From Celerinatantimonas sp. MCCC 1A17872 (GTDB lineage Bacteria; Pseudomonadota; Gammaproteobacteria; Enterobacterales; Celerinatantimonadaceae), in contig NZ_JBEQCS010000008.1 of assembly GCF_046054195.1 (NCBI RefSeq), positions 14,090 through 78,089 of the forward strand: a stretch of 64,000 nt of DNA, read 5' to 3'. This document shows, piece after piece, positions 19,700 to 31,187 of this stretch. The position numbers and the translations under genes are program-made. The notes below the pieces were generated by a model, which saw only the letters and a list, made by a program, of their open reading frames with translations, had not been told where the DNA came from and did no database searches. Each line of letters begins with the position of its first letter. The first letter of the stretch is position 1.

Positions 19700-20164
19700 A
19701 TGACCTTGCAAGAAGAGTACTGTGAACTAGTATTGAACCATCTTAATCGCCTAAATAATAAGTTTGAAGCTCAGTTATCTGAGTTTGTAAACCAAGCGTT
19801 TAGTGATGATGTAAAGCACCTTACTATCGAATACTATTCACCTTGTTTTAGCGATGAGTTTTCAGTTTATTTTTATGCCCTGGATAAATCTGCAAATCGA
19901 GTTGGCGATATTCATAAGTTTTTAGAGCATTGTGCAGTGGTTGTCCCTGCTGAGATCTTTGACGATGAAAAATACGAGGACATAGACCCTTGGAGTACTG
20001 CCTCAGAGATTTTAGTGTCATGGCTTAGAGAACGTTGGCAAAATGTCGGAAGCCAGCAATATCCGGCATTTGTGGCTCATCATGACAGCCATTTCTTACG
20101 AAATCTGGCTGATGGCTCTCGGACTAACTGGGATGAATTAGCCAATGCAATGGCTAAACTTTAA
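19700..20164 (+). CDS. Hypothetical protein (154 aa)
   Basis: ORF only. Confidence 0.45.
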   Translation: MTLQEEYCELVLNHLNRLNNKFEAQLSEFVNQAFSDDVKHLTIEYYSPCFSDEFSVYFYALDKSANRVGDIHKFLEHCAVVVPAEIFDDEKYEDIDPWSTASEILVSWLRERWQNVGSQQYPAFVAHHDSHFLRNLADGSRTNWDELANAMAKL

Positions 20165-20231
20165 AGTGTTGTCGCTGTGATATAAATGATAGCAGTGACG
20201 CTCTTAACCACTTAAAAGTGAGCTGACTTGT

Positions 20232-20639
20232 TTAGTCTTTCTCTTTATCAAAACCCTGACGTGCTTTTTTAATCTCTGACCAGTTTGAAGCTATCCAATC
20301 CACTAAACTTTGCATTGGCACTAAAATACTTAAACCTAAATCGGTTAGCTCATATTCCACTCGGGGAGGCACTTCAGGAAAAACAGTGCGCGTGACAAAT
20401 CCATCTCGCTCTAAGTAGCGCAGTGTGGTGGTTAGCATTCTTTGCGAAATGCCATTGATCATCCTTTGTAATTCAGAAAATCGAGCCTTGTGATTGTAGG
20501 AGCGTGCTATGGTTACAATGACTAAAATGCTCCATTTATCACCAATTTTTGCAAGAAATTCACGAACCACTTTCGCATCATCGCTTGTACAAAGTAGTCC
20601 TTCAGGCCCAAACATGTTCTCTTGTGTCTTTTCTTTCAT
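20232..20639 (-). CDS. HxlR-family winged-helix transcriptional regulator
   Basis: GDKWSILVI…RFSELQRMINGISQRMLTTTLRYLERDGFVTR matches the HxlR signature. Confidence 0.8.
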   Translation of the reverse strand: MKEKTQENMFGPEGLLCTSDDAKVVREFLAKIGDKWSILVIVTIARSYNHKARFSELQRMINGISQRMLTTTLRYLERDGFVTRTVFPEVPPRVEYELTDLGLSILVPMQSLVDWIASNWSEIKKARQGFDKEKD

Positions 20640-20814
20640 ATCAGTTACCTCAACCTCACTCCCTGATTTTAAAGTGCCTTCTTGTTTTATACAAGCTAAC
20701 TATTCATACTTTTAGTATACAAAAGTAACCATTGTCGTCACAAAGCATGAGTCAAGTTGAGAGTGCCAACTGACAACACAGTAATGAGCTTTTAAACGAA
20801 AGGGTAGGATAAAT

Positions 20815-21771
20815 ATGACAGTTAAAACCGAATTTACTTTGACAAATACTTCTTCTTTAAATGAGCCGTCCCAAGTAACGACCGGTAGTAACCTCGGATA
20901 CTGCCGTTATAGTGTGGGCGATTTTGTAGTGACAACTATTTCTGATGGAAGCGTTACGTTCGATATCAGTCAATTATTGCTAAATATTACGTCTGAAGAG
21001 CTCGACAAAATTCTTAAAAAGAATGCGCTAAGTAAAAATTTTAACATGCAGGTGAATCAATTTTTGATTCAGACCCAAGAAAAATTAATCCTCGTCGATA
21101 CTGGGTTAGGGCGCGGCATCTTGCCAACAACTGGGTATCTTATCGACAATCTAGCTGCAGCTGGATATCAACCTGAGCAGGTCGATGCCTTGCTACTCAC
21201 CCATATGCATGGCGATCACATTGGTGGGCTTAGTGTTAATGGGATTGCTACTTTTCCCAATGCGTCACTTTATATTAATGAAAAAGAGCTTAATTATTGG
21301 TTGGATAAGACAAATTTAGCCAATGAGAGTGATGCGAATAATCAACGTCTATTTGAATATGCCCCTAGTATGATTGAACCCTACAAACGCTCCGAAAAGT
21401 TGCATTTATTTGTCGCTGGTGAGCAGATAGTCCCAGGCATCCGCTCGTGTGATTCTTCTGGTCACACTTTAGGTCATACCAGTTATCTGGTTGAAAGTCA
21501 GGGAGAAAAACTCTGCATCATTGGAGATATTATCAATGTTGGCCCCGTTCAATTTGAAAATGTCCGTGCGCGAATGAAAGGTTTTGATAGTGACCCTAAG
21601 AGCGCTGAAAAAACGAGAATAAAAACGTTTCATGAGGTATCGCAAGATGGAACATTGATCGCAGCCACTCATCTTGATTTTCCCGGTGTCGGTTATTTAC
21701 GCCAAGAGCACGATATTTTTGTTTTCACACCTTTAACAAATAAAAGTGATGATTCGGTTATCACGCTCTGA
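20815..21771 (+). CDS. MBL-fold metallo-hydrolase
   Basis: THMHGDHIGG metal-binding motif. Divergent from the HxlR regulator. Confidence 0.75.
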   Translation: MTVKTEFTLTNTSSLNEPSQVTTGSNLGYCRYSVGDFVVTTISDGSVTFDISQLLLNITSEELDKILKKNALSKNFNMQVNQFLIQTQEKLILVDTGLGRGILPTTGYLIDNLAAAGYQPEQVDALLLTHMHGDHIGGLSVNGIATFPNASLYINEKELNYWLDKTNLANESDANNQRLFEYAPSMIEPYKRSEKLHLFVAGEQIVPGIRSCDSSGHTLGHTSYLVESQGEKLCIIGDIINVGPVQFENVRARMKGFDSDPKSAEKTRIKTFHEVSQDGTLIAATHLDFPGVGYLRQEHDIFVFTPLTNKSDDSVITL

Positions 21772-21801
21772 TAGCCGATAAACACAACTGAAATACTTGC
21801 A

Positions 21802-23013
21802 GTGAACTCCCATCAAACGATAGGCACTTTCGTGAATAGTCAGATAAATAAAGATAATAAAACTGGATTGAAATTTATATTAGTTTTGGGGGCGTTGATG
21901 GCTTTCACTTCTTTTTCAACGGATATTTATCTTCCTGCAATGCCACAAATGTCAAAAGATTTAAATGGTGATGCAGAATTAACAATTACCGGGTTCTTAA
22001 TTGGCTTTGCTATTTCTCAACTTATTTGGGGGCCAATTAGCGACAGGTTTGGTCGTAAACTGCCGTTATTCCTAGGTGTGATTGTATTTATCATCGGATC
22101 AATAGGTTGTGCTCTGTCTGATAACATCACTGAAATTGTTTTTTGGCGAGTATTTCAAGCTATTGGCGCGTGTACCGGACCAATGCTTTCGCGAGCAATG
22201 ATTCGTGATTTATATACTCGCAAACAAGCGGCTCATATGTTGTCGACATTGATGATTATTATGGCAATAGCCCCTATTGTTGGACCACTGTTAGGAGGGC
22301 AAATCATCAAGGTCACCTCGTGGAAGGCTATTTTTTGGCTACTGAGCGCTATTGGTGTGGTAATGTCTTTGGCATTATTCACACTGCCTGAAACGTTACA
22401 AAAACATCAAAGGAATCACTACTCTATTATTCAGTCTTTCGCAAATTATATAAAGTTGTTGGGTAATTGGAAGTTTATGCGTTTTACACTATGCATTACT
22501 TTTTATTATATCGCAGCTTATGCCTTTATTACTGGCTCGCCATTTGTCTATATTAGTTATTATAAAATTTCTCCACAAAATTATGGATGGTTATTTGCTA
22601 TTAATGTAATTGGTGTGGTTGGCTTGAGCTTTATCAATAGATTCTTAGTGGTTCGTTATAAACTAGAATCATTGTTATTAGTCGCATCTTCCATTGCCAT
22701 GGTGGCTGTAGTGATTTTAGCCATATCCGTCAGAGTTGATTTTGGCGGTATTTATCTAATGATTGCGACAATCTTTGTCTTTTTCTCAATGAACGGAATT
22801 ATTGCTGCGACCTCAACGGTGGCAGCATTAGATGATGTTCCTGAGCTTGCGGGGGCTGCATCTGCGCTAATTGGAGCAATGCAGTATGGCAGTGGGATTG
22901 TATCGTCTTTGTTTTTGGCATGGTTTTGCGATGGTACGCCATGGACGATGGCATGGATTATCGCGCTTTTTACCATGCTCAGTACGCTGATGATTTATCT
23001 TAAAAGTAGATAA
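21802..23013 (+). CDS. MFS efflux transporter, Bcr/CflA subfamily
   Basis: N-terminal FSTDIYLPAMP…GPISDRFGRK motifs and 12 TM segments. Confidence 0.8.
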   Translation: MNSHQTIGTFVNSQINKDNKTGLKFILVLGALMAFTSFSTDIYLPAMPQMSKDLNGDAELTITGFLIGFAISQLIWGPISDRFGRKLPLFLGVIVFIIGSIGCALSDNITEIVFWRVFQAIGACTGPMLSRAMIRDLYTRKQAAHMLSTLMIIMAIAPIVGPLLGGQIIKVTSWKAIFWLLSAIGVVMSLALFTLPETLQKHQRNHYSIIQSFANYIKLLGNWKFMRFTLCITFYYIAAYAFITGSPFVYISYYKISPQNYGWLFAINVIGVVGLSFINRFLVVRYKLESLLLVASSIAMVAVVILAISVRVDFGGIYLMIATIFVFFSMNGIIAATSTVAALDDVPELAGAASALIGAMQYGSGIVSSLFLAWFCDGTPWTMAWIIALFTMLSTLMIYLKSR

Positions 23014-23365
23014 ATTATGTATAGTTAGATGCCTATTTGCGCCAATTTAGTTAGATGGTGTATTCCTCTTGGGATAATTTCATTATTTCCTGTGTCATGA
23101 TTGAGTTGGAAAATGGGATCTTCCAGCGCTGGTCAGCGAAATGGGCCTGATACCTTTGTTTATCGTGAAGAAAGTACTCATGGAAGTAAGTAGTCACAAG
23201 CTTCGGTACATGAGGGAGTAAATGCGTAAAACGTTACCTTAGAACTGTCTCATTAATGGGGAAGTGGATAGTCATACCAATATTAAAAATTTTATGTCAT
23301 AACTCTGTTTTTACATGTGATAGGCTAGTATGGTAGATGTAAATGGATAAATGAGACGAAAAATT

Positions 23366-24436
23366 ATGCAAATGACAATGCGCTGGTTTGGTCCAGTAGA
23401 AGATAAAATTTCTTTAAAAGATATTAGGCAAGTGCCCGGTGTTACCGGTGTCGTTGGCGCACTGTATGATGTGCCCGTGGGTGAGGTATGGCCGCAAGAC
23501 AAAATAGATGCATTGGTTAATCAGGTCCATGCTGCGGGTCTAAAGATGGAGGTCGTTGAAAGTGTCAACATTCATGATGACATTAAAATTGGACTCTCTA
23601 GCCGAGATAAACTGATAGAGAATTACAAGCAAACGATTCGAAATTTAGCAAAAGTTGGTGTGAAAGTTATTTGCTACAATTTCATGCCGGTTTTTGACTG
23701 GATCAAAACTGATATGAACTATGTTCTTGATGATGGTTCATTGACCATGGCATTTGAAAAAAAGGATATCGATAAAACACCAGAAGAAATTTTACACGAA
23801 GTTTTAGATAATTCTAATGGCTTTGCTCTTCCGGGATGGGAACCTGAACGTTTAGAGAAAATTCAAGAATTATTTACTAAATATAAAGATGTTGATGAAC
23901 AAAAACTTCGCGAAAATTTAGTCTATTTTTTAGAGAAAATCGTACCCGTATGTGAAGAAGTCGGAATAAAAATGGCTATTCATCCTGATGATCCACCATA
24001 TTCTATTTTTGGCTTACCACGTATTGTTAAAAATCGTAGTGATCTTGATTGGATATGTAATGCTGTTAATTCTGAAGCAAATGGTATTACTTTGTGTGTA
24101 GGTTCTATAGCTGAAGATCCTCAAAATAATGTCTATGAAATCTTAGCTGAATTCACTGCGCGCAAACGTATTCATTTTGCCCATGTTCGAAATATTAAAT
24201 TAATTCAAGATAAAGATTTTTATGAATGTGCACACCCGTCGCAATACGGCTCTTTAAATATGTATGAAATAATGAAGGCCCTTCATGAAAATAAATTTAA
24301 TGGTTATATCCGCCCGGATCATGGCCGTTCTATCTGGAATGAGACAGGTCGTCCTGGATATGGTCTTTATGATAGAGCTCTAGGCGTAACATATCTATTG
24401 GGATTATGGGAAGCGTTAGAAAACAGCAAGTCATAA
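23366..24436 (+). CDS. uxuA: D-mannonate dehydratase
   Basis: MQMTMRWFGP… matches the UxuA N-terminus MEQTWRWYGP, and the length is right. Start could be 23351, 23366 or 23372. Confidence 0.8.
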   Translation: MQMTMRWFGPVEDKISLKDIRQVPGVTGVVGALYDVPVGEVWPQDKIDALVNQVHAAGLKMEVVESVNIHDDIKIGLSSRDKLIENYKQTIRNLAKVGVKVICYNFMPVFDWIKTDMNYVLDDGSLTMAFEKKDIDKTPEEILHEVLDNSNGFALPGWEPERLEKIQELFTKYKDVDEQKLRENLVYFLEKIVPVCEEVGIKMAIHPDDPPYSIFGLPRIVKNRSDLDWICNAVNSEANGITLCVGSIAEDPQNNVYEILAEFTARKRIHFAHVRNIKLIQDKDFYECAHPSQYGSLNMYEIMKALHENKFNGYIRPDHGRSIWNETGRPGYGLYDRALGVTYLLGLWEALENSKS

Positions 24437-24578
24437 ACGGGGATTTTGCTTGATTAACAAATTAGAGATGACCGTTTTATCACAGAGCAAAGGCAGTTTT
24501 TGACCTAGGGATTCATTTTAGTTCAGGGGCTTTATAGCAGCGGCAAAGGTCGTTGTAGGTAAAGCTCCTTTTCACTAA

Positions 24579-24851
24579 GGTGATGTCTATTGGCGAGTCT
24601 ATGATAGTTGCTCGCTTGCCTGGGAAACTATCGAGACGGTAAAAGCCGTGATGGATCGGGTTCGTTATCTTGATTTAACTCGGGAACTGACAATGGAACA
24701 GGTTTTAGTTGAACATCAGACAATTATCGATGCGCTAGCTGATAAAAATGCCCATCTAGCAAGAACTTTGTTGCAGCAACATTTAACTGATTACCCACAA
24801 GTTATTGAATCGATTCGTCAGCGCTATCCTGATTGGTTTGCTGAACAGTAA
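24579..24851 (+). pseudogene. Remnant of a GntR/FadR-family (UxuR-like) regulator; only the C-terminal FCD portion is present
   Basis: …HQTIIDALADKNAHLARTLLQQHLTDY is FCD-domain-like. No HTH-encoding N-terminus lies upstream in any frame. Confidence 0.4.
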
Positions 24852-25150
24852 AGTTGAACCAGAGCTCAGTTATAGACTTAGTGTGTGCCTTACCCATGTT
24901 AATTTAGCTAGATAATTAGAAAATTTTACGACCGATAACAGAGTGTTTTAGTTGTTATGATGCGTATCAGACACAGCTTTTTTATTGGGTTGTTTTGTGA
25001 GCCTGACTCAACTGAATTTTTAAGATTAAGGGCGAGTACTTGCTATATTTGTCTCGATAGTTTCTGCTTTTTTAAGTTGTTGGCTGGATTTTATAGAGGA
25101 GCAGTCGATACTTATTAGCGAACACAAACTTATCGCAAAAGGAAGTAAAT

Positions 25151-27067
25151 GTGAGAGCACTGGGTTTAAAGTCAGTACTTATTATATCAATACTCTCATT
25201 AGTCGGTGTATCGGTTGCCATTTCTAACTATCTCTCTTATGCCAGGCAAAAAAGTAACTTGTCTGCACAAATTATTCAGGCTCATCAGCGGCTGGTGGCC
25301 GACCAGTCTCATTTAGTTGAACAGTTTATCAGTGAAAAAATCCAAGGTTTAAAAGGGTTAGGCGAAAAATATAAAGCAGCTTTGCTACCGGCTCATAATG
25401 CTCAAGAATATGTCGAACTAAGCCAACTGTTTGCGACGACTTTAAATACCGGAAGTTCCTTTATTGGTCTAGAAAAATCAGGTGATGCGTATTGGAATTT
25501 AACCAGTTCTAGCTGGCCTGATCATAAATTTGAAGGTGATATTCGCAAGATGCAATATTACCAAGATGGTCGTAAGGCCATAACCCCGTTAATTACTGCA
25601 CCATATCCAGATGAAGCTGACCCAAAAATTTACTGGATTAGTATGGTGCAGCGTATTGAGCAGGGGATGATTGGTGCTGATATGAAACTCGGGTTTTTAA
25701 ATAAGCTGGTGGTGGATGTCGCTAAAGAGCAAAAAGCGGTCGCATTGATCCTTAATCAAGACTCCATGGTGCTAGCATCATCTGAACCTGATGCCATCAA
25801 ACCGGGCGAAAAAGCTCTGAATGTCGCTTGGTTAAAACCTTCCGTTGAGAGTGTGGTTCAAAACACTCAAACAACTTATGAGCTTAAGCGTAAGGCGGGA
25901 GAGTTACTCTTTTCTCACCGAATCAATGTCGCTAATCAACATTGGTATTTTGCCATTATCGTTGATAAATCAGATGTTTTTGCAAGTCTTGTTGCTGCCC
26001 GTCATGCTGCCATGATTACGACTGTCATTCTTATCTTAGTGAGCATTGTGGTGGCCTTTTTGGTGATACAGCTTGTTTATCGGCCTATCTTGTCGCTTAA
26101 ATCAATGGTGAGTGGGTTATCCAGTGGGGATGCTGATTTAACGCAGCGACTAACGGTCTCGACCAACGATGATTTAGGCCAGATAGCTCAGAGTGTGAAT
26201 TTGTTTGTCGATAAATTGCAATCGATGATGAAAGATATTCGCCGAGCAACGTTAACGCTTGCGGATAATATCGAACAGATGGAGCAGTTTTCTAAAGATA
26301 ACTCAGCAATGCTCAACCACCACGTGACCGAGACGGAGCAGGTTGTTACAGCGATTGACCAAATGAGTGCAACTGCCAGTGCCATGGCTAATGACATTGC
26401 TAATGCTGCTGATTTGGCGCAGCGTACCAATGAAGAAAGTTTTGAATCTAGCAAGCTGGTAGCTAAATCGCAGAACAATATTGCTTCATTGATTAATGGT
26501 GTCGATAACGCCTCAGAACGCGTGAATGGCATGAATGAAGAAACTAAAAATATCAATACGATATTAAAAGTCATCGGGGAAATTTCAGAGCAAACTAATC
26601 TATTGGCGCTTAATGCCGCGATAGAAGCTGCTCGTGCTGGTGACCAAGGACGTGGGTTTGCTGTGGTCGCTGATGAAGTTCGCCAACTGGCGATGCGCAC
26701 TCAGCAGAGTACGAAGGAGATTGAAGAAGTTCTAAATCGCCTTGTGTTGGGAAGCCAAGATATTGTAACTGCGATGGAGCAGACGAAAAATCAGTGCGAA
26801 CAGACAGCGCAAGAGGCGCAAGGTGTTGCGACTGGGTTAGAGGTTGTTATTCAGTCGGTTGCTGAAATTAACGATTTGAGCCAACAGATAGCCACCGCAG
26901 CTGAAGAACAAACGAGTGTTACAGAGCATGTGAGTATGAATATGAATGCACTGAATGAAATTGTCAGTAATTTAGCGAGTAATGGCGAAAAAACGCATTC
27001 AGGCATGAAAGCTGTAGCATCGGTGAATCAACAGCTGACTGAGATTGTTGAGCGTTTTAAAGTTTAA
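25151..27067 (+). CDS. Methyl-accepting chemotaxis protein with a dCache_1 sensor
   Basis: TM, ~260-aa periplasmic domain, TM, HAMP and MCP domain ([35 protein letters not shown]). Confidence 0.85.
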   Translation: MRALGLKSVLIISILSLVGVSVAISNYLSYARQKSNLSAQIIQAHQRLVADQSHLVEQFISEKIQGLKGLGEKYKAALLPAHNAQEYVELSQLFATTLNTGSSFIGLEKSGDAYWNLTSSSWPDHKFEGDIRKMQYYQDGRKAITPLITAPYPDEADPKIYWISMVQRIEQGMIGADMKLGFLNKLVVDVAKEQKAVALILNQDSMVLASSEPDAIKPGEKALNVAWLKPSVESVVQNTQTTYELKRKAGELLFSHRINVANQHWYFAIIVDKSDVFASLVAARHAAMITTVILILVSIVVAFLVIQLVYRPILSLKSMVSGLSSGDADLTQRLTVSTNDDLGQIAQSVNLFVDKLQSMMKDIRRATLTLADNIEQMEQFSKDNSAMLNHHVTETEQVVTAIDQMSATASAMANDIANAADLAQRTNEESFESSKLVAKSQNNIASLINGVDNASERVNGMNEETKNINTILKVIGEISEQTNLLALNAAIEAARAGDQGRGFAVVADEVRQLAMRTQQSTKEIEEVLNRLVLGSQDIVTAMEQTKNQCEQTAQEAQGVATGLEVVIQSVAEINDLSQQIATAAEEQTSVTEHVSMNMNALNEIVSNLASNGEKTHSGMKAVASVNQQLTEIVERFKV

Positions 27068-27227
27068 TCATGCAAAATGCGCTAGCCTCGTGCAAGAGGG
27101 CAAATAATATCAATGCCGACTTACTGGCTGATTATCCTAAATAGATACAAACATATGGCCCAAAAGGGCATATGTTTGATAGGCTCGTTCAAATAATAGA
27201 TAAGCCAGAAACAGCCGTAAGATAAAA

Positions 27228-27665
27228 ATGTTAGGTAAATGTGTGATTGCTGAATATTTTGATGATGGCGAAGTAAGAGAAGAGTTTTGCCTTGAATTCA
27301 TCTCACTATGGGATGGCTGGTTAGGCCCTGAGCATTACCATAAACTAGATGAAGTAACGCCATCGCAATGGCAGCGGTTTCATCATCTTATTGCGTTGTT
27401 ATTTGCAAAATATGATTTATACGCCGTTGATTTAGAGAACTATTCGGCAGAAAAACTCACTCAATTCGATAACTTCTTACCCTCTTATGAGCAAGATTTA
27501 AATCGTGGGGCGAGTGAGTTCACAATGCTTATTATTCCTTCTCTTCACGCATTGCTTGTTGAAACATGGGATTACACTTATATCCTTTATCATCAAAATA
27601 ATGGCGCGGTTGAAGCGCTCAGTCCATTCGTTGGGCAAAGCCAACTCTTTCACTTTAGTGATTAA
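27228..27665 (+). CDS. Hypothetical protein (145 aa)
   Basis: ORF only. Confidence 0.4.
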   Translation: MLGKCVIAEYFDDGEVREEFCLEFISLWDGWLGPEHYHKLDEVTPSQWQRFHHLIALLFAKYDLYAVDLENYSAEKLTQFDNFLPSYEQDLNRGASEFTMLIIPSLHALLVETWDYTYILYHQNNGAVEALSPFVGQSQLFHFSD

Positions 27666-27700
27666 TTTAAGTTTTTTATGGCAATATCGCAGAGATAAGT

Positions 27701-28021
27701 ATGATAACTTTAACCAACCATCTGCTGGGGGCGTATATTGACGTAGCGCGATACCCTAAGTTGAGTGAAGTAATTCCTGATAAGAAGCTTGAGATTGTCG
27801 AGCTGATTGAACCTGATGAAATCGTGTTAGTCGCCGCTCGCTATCAGCCCTTTTTAGAGGGGATTGAAGCAGCTCCACTGGCGGTAACACTTGGTGATGA
27901 AATGTTGTTTATAGGAACAAGCGAAGATAATTCTGGGTTTATTTACTACGTGGATATTGAGTTCGGAGTATTCTTACTTGAGCAATCACTGAAGGATTTT
28001 GTCAGTGCTCTTGAGCGCTAG
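27701..28021 (+). CDS. Hypothetical protein (106 aa)
   Basis: ORF only. Confidence 0.4.
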   Translation: MITLTNHLLGAYIDVARYPKLSEVIPDKKLEIVELIEPDEIVLVAARYQPFLEGIEAAPLAVTLGDEMLFIGTSEDNSGFIYYVDIEFGVFLLEQSLKDFVSALER

Positions 28022-28476
28022 ATTCAATAATGGCCAATTTCCTTGCCCATTATAATGCCAAGCATCTTTTGAAATCTGCGATTTGTTATAGCAGTGTTTA
28101 TATTCTTTAGTGGTTTGGTTATTCAGTGATTTATGAGATCGTTTTTTGGATGTTCTCGCAACCATCTATCTGTGATTTTCCTGACTTTATTCAGATTCCT
28201 GAATAAACAAAATCTAGTATTTCCGTTCGATGTTTCCGATTAAATTGTGTTCAAATCTTTAGTCTTAAGTTATCTCATTAAAAATGATAGACAAATCTAC
28301 AAATAACATATAAGTATGGTAAATACATGTATTCTATTTACATGTAAATGATTTCATTTGACTCATTAATACGATAGCGTGGAAAGGGGATACATCATGC
28401 TCTATGAATAGGTCATTGAGGTAATTGCAGAGGAAGTTCTTCCTCTGTGTAATAGTCTTTTGGCCAGAGCTTTACT

Positions 28477-28989
28477 TTGAACCAACTGAAGCTTCAAATA
28501 CCGTTTTTAGGTGAAGTGAAATCCTATATTGAGACGAATAAGGAAACGATCATGAAATGGCAAAAAGACGCACTAGAGATAGATACCAACACCGAGAGGT
28601 TAAATGTTTCTCTAATCCACCAGTTTCTATGTGAACAATCAAGATGGGCCAAAGGTATTCCTCTCGAAACGGTCGAAAAATCGCTATTACGCTCTATCAA
28701 CTTTGGCATCTATAGTCAGAGTCAACAAATTGGCTTTGCCAGATTGATCTCTGACTGTGCAACGTTTGCAAATTTAGTTGATGTTTTTGTGTTACCTGAC
28801 TACCGCCATCAAGGTGTTGCTACGTGGTTGCTGAACTGCATCGTTGAACACCCGGATTTGCAAGGGTTAAGACGATGGACTCTGGCTGCCACACCTGAAG
28901 GTAAAAACCTGTATCGAAAAATAGGGTTCACTGAACTTGCTAAACCCGAGATTTTTATGGAGCGTTTTTCCCCTTCAATTTATCGGTAA
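28477..28989 (+). CDS. GNAT-family N-acetyltransferase
   Basis: …VDVFVLPDYRHQGVATWLL… acetyl-CoA binding motif. Start may be the ATG at 28552. Confidence 0.7.
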   Translation: MNQLKLQIPFLGEVKSYIETNKETIMKWQKDALEIDTNTERLNVSLIHQFLCEQSRWAKGIPLETVEKSLLRSINFGIYSQSQQIGFARLISDCATFANLVDVFVLPDYRHQGVATWLLNCIVEHPDLQGLRRWTLAATPEGKNLYRKIGFTELAKPEIFMERFSPSIYR

Positions 28990-29270
28990 CGGAGCGTTTG
29001 AGATAGGTAACTTCTTCTCTAGTAAACTTTTGTGTAGTTCAAAACATTGAAGAAAGCCATTCATAACAAACCATGCTGCCCTCATGCATATAATTAACTG
29101 TGGCCAATTTTTGTTGACCACTACAATGAATCATCAATCCCAATTTTTGAAATGGCCGAGTAAGTTTTAATTTAATGAATTCTCTAATATAAATAATAGC
29201 TTATCGACTTAAATGATAGATGCTTATTGCAGTGCTGTTTCTATTAAAGAACGCCGCTTTATTACGGGAT

Positions 29271-30875
29271 TTAATTTGCCAATCTTTGCACTTGTTCCCA
29301 ACGAATTCCAAATTTAGCTAAATACTTTTGCAAACGAGATGAGTCGTTATGGCTGGCTTTGCGGGTGCGGCTCACATCGAATAAGGCTCGTCCAGCTGAT
29401 GCAAGTGAGCTTTGGTTCGCGCAGACACTTAGCACATATTCAAGTTGGTGGCGATCAAAGCTATCTAGCGATGCAAGCGTTTCATCGCTTAGTAACTGCA
29501 CCGCTAAGGATACTGATTTTGTAGTATTTGGTTGCCAGTCAGCGCTCAGGCGTTGGGTTTCTTCATGCACATCACTTAGCGCAATTCGTGACGAATCAGC
29601 CAATGTGCAAAGCCGAGTAATGGATGAGCCTAAATCGCGAAAATTTCCGCGCCAAGTCGCATTAGCTGAATAGGCAAAGTTAAGGTAGGCGGTGCGAGCT
29701 TCTTTATTAAAGCGAATTTTGTTGCCATGTTTTTGGCTAAATTTTTGTAATTCAAATTCAATATTGGCTTCAATATCTTCTTTTCTGTCTTTAAGCCCCG
29801 GCAGTTCATAACTCCACAGATTAATTCGGGCGAGTAAATCTTCGCGAAACTCACCCTTATTCACTGCTAATTTCAAGTCACGATTGGTTCCGGCAATTAG
29901 CTGAAAATTACTTTGAATTTCTTTATCGCTGCCCACTGGATGAAATGACTTATTCTCAATCGCTCGCAGCAACATTGCTTGCTCTTCAAGGCCTAATTCT
30001 CCAACCTCATCTAAAAATAATAAGCCATTATCAGCTGCTTTTAAGAAACCTCCGCGAGCAGTGGCAGCTCCTGTAAACGCACCTTTGGTGTGTCCGAATA
30101 ATGCCGCCATCGCGTTTTCACCTTTTAAGGTGGCGCAGTTTACGGTAATTAACTCGCCTGTAAGGGCGGCGCGTTTTTTCTTCAGTTGATAAATACGTCC
30201 AGCTAGCTGACTTTTCCCGGCACCCGTTGGCCCCGTGAGTAAAATAGGGGCGTCAGAGCGAATCGCCACTTTTTCGATCTGGGCAATCATGGTGTTAAAC
30301 GCCGCACTTCGAGTAGCAATCCCACCTTTTAGAAAGTCGGTGCCGTGTTCGTGTTCAGCATCAAAACGGGTTGCTAGCTGATCGTATTTAGATAGATCCA
30401 GATCGATGATCTGAGTCCGCCCTTTGGCTTTGTCTTCTTGTGAGCTATCTGGCGATGTTTGAATTAATCGCCCCGGGAAATGGTGGCTTTCAGTGAGCAA
30501 AAAGCAGCAAATCTGAGCCACATGAGTCCCAGTGGTGATATGAAACAGGTAGTCATTTCGGTCAATATCAAACTCCAGGACCGAGCAAAAGTCATATAAC
30601 TTGGCATAGACTTCACCAAAATCCCAAGGGTCTGCAAAATCAATGCAGTGCAGTGTGACTTTTGTTTGTGCTGAGATGGTCTCAATATCCACCGCAACAT
30701 TATTGGCTAGGTGCCAGCTTGCATCAGGATAAATCAGATGTAACTCGTCAATCATAAGCGAGTCTTGGCTGACCAGAGAAATATTGGGACGCCATCTTTG
30801 CCAGCGTTTTTTGCCTCGTCCAACCGAATCAAGTTGAGTCCCTAACAGACTCACCACCACCGTTTTTTTAACCAA
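29271..30875 (-). CDS. rtcR: Sigma-54-dependent RNA-repair transcriptional activator RtcR
   Basis: N-terminus MVKKTVVVSLLGTQLD…RWRPNISL parallels the E. coli RtcR CARF-like domain. Has an AAA+ sigma54 domain (GPTGAGKS…GAFTGA) and a C-terminal HTH. 534 aa versus 532 aa in E. coli. Confidence 0.85.
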   Translation of the reverse strand: MVKKTVVVSLLGTQLDSVGRGKKRWQRWRPNISLVSQDSLMIDELHLIYPDASWHLANNVAVDIETISAQTKVTLHCIDFADPWDFGEVYAKLYDFCSVLEFDIDRNDYLFHITTGTHVAQICCFLLTESHHFPGRLIQTSPDSSQEDKAKGRTQIIDLDLSKYDQLATRFDAEHEHGTDFLKGGIATRSAAFNTMIAQIEKVAIRSDAPILLTGPTGAGKSQLAGRIYQLKKKRAALTGELITVNCATLKGENAMAALFGHTKGAFTGAATARGGFLKAADNGLLFLDEVGELGLEEQAMLLRAIENKSFHPVGSDKEIQSNFQLIAGTNRDLKLAVNKGEFREDLLARINLWSYELPGLKDRKEDIEANIEFELQKFSQKHGNKIRFNKEARTAYLNFAYSANATWRGNFRDLGSSITRLCTLADSSRIALSDVHEETQRLSADWQPNTTKSVSLAVQLLSDETLASLDSFDRHQLEYVLSVCANQSSLASAGRALFDVSRTRKASHNDSSRLQKYLAKFGIRWEQVQRLAN

Positions 30876-31026
30876 TTCAATCTATCCAAATAGATATATT
30901 TATATCTTTATTTCATCATTTAACTGTTTTTTCTGCAATTAAAAAATAGCCTTAGAAATTAAATTTAAAAAAATAACCAAATAAAAACAAATTGTTAAAA
31001 ATAAATTTTAATTTTTCATCTGCGTT

Positions 31027-31042
31027 TGGCACGTCACTTGTA
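31027..31042 (+). promoter_or_regulatory. Candidate sigma-54 promoter for the SPFH-rtcB operon
   Basis: TGGCAC-N5-TTGTA, with GG at -24 and GT instead of GC at -12. Sits ~150 bp from the rtcR start and is preceded by an A/T-tract-rich region. Confidence 0.5.
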
Positions 31043-31134
31043 ATAGTTAAATTGTTGTAATTGTTCGGAGTGTTTCGAAATAGCACCCTGGTGCGATAGG
31101 CTCTGCCTAAATCGTATGCCAGATTACAGCGTGA

Positions 31135-31187
31135 TTTTAAGTCTCGGTCGGCGAGATGTTTGGGTTCGATTCCCAACTTAAAAACCA
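31135..31187 (+). ncRNA. tRNA-like minihelix element 1: acceptor stem, hairpin, canonical T-arm and ACCA
   Basis: TTTTAAG pairs with CTTAAAA. TCTCG-GTCGG-CGAGA hairpin. T-arm TTGGG-TTCGATT-CCCAA. Ends A-CCA. No D-arm or anticodon arm. Confidence 0.45.

Noticed and set aside
26188-26700. 170-aa antisense ORF inside the second MCP
   Set aside because: Same reasoning. The MCP signalling domain on the plus strand is unambiguous.
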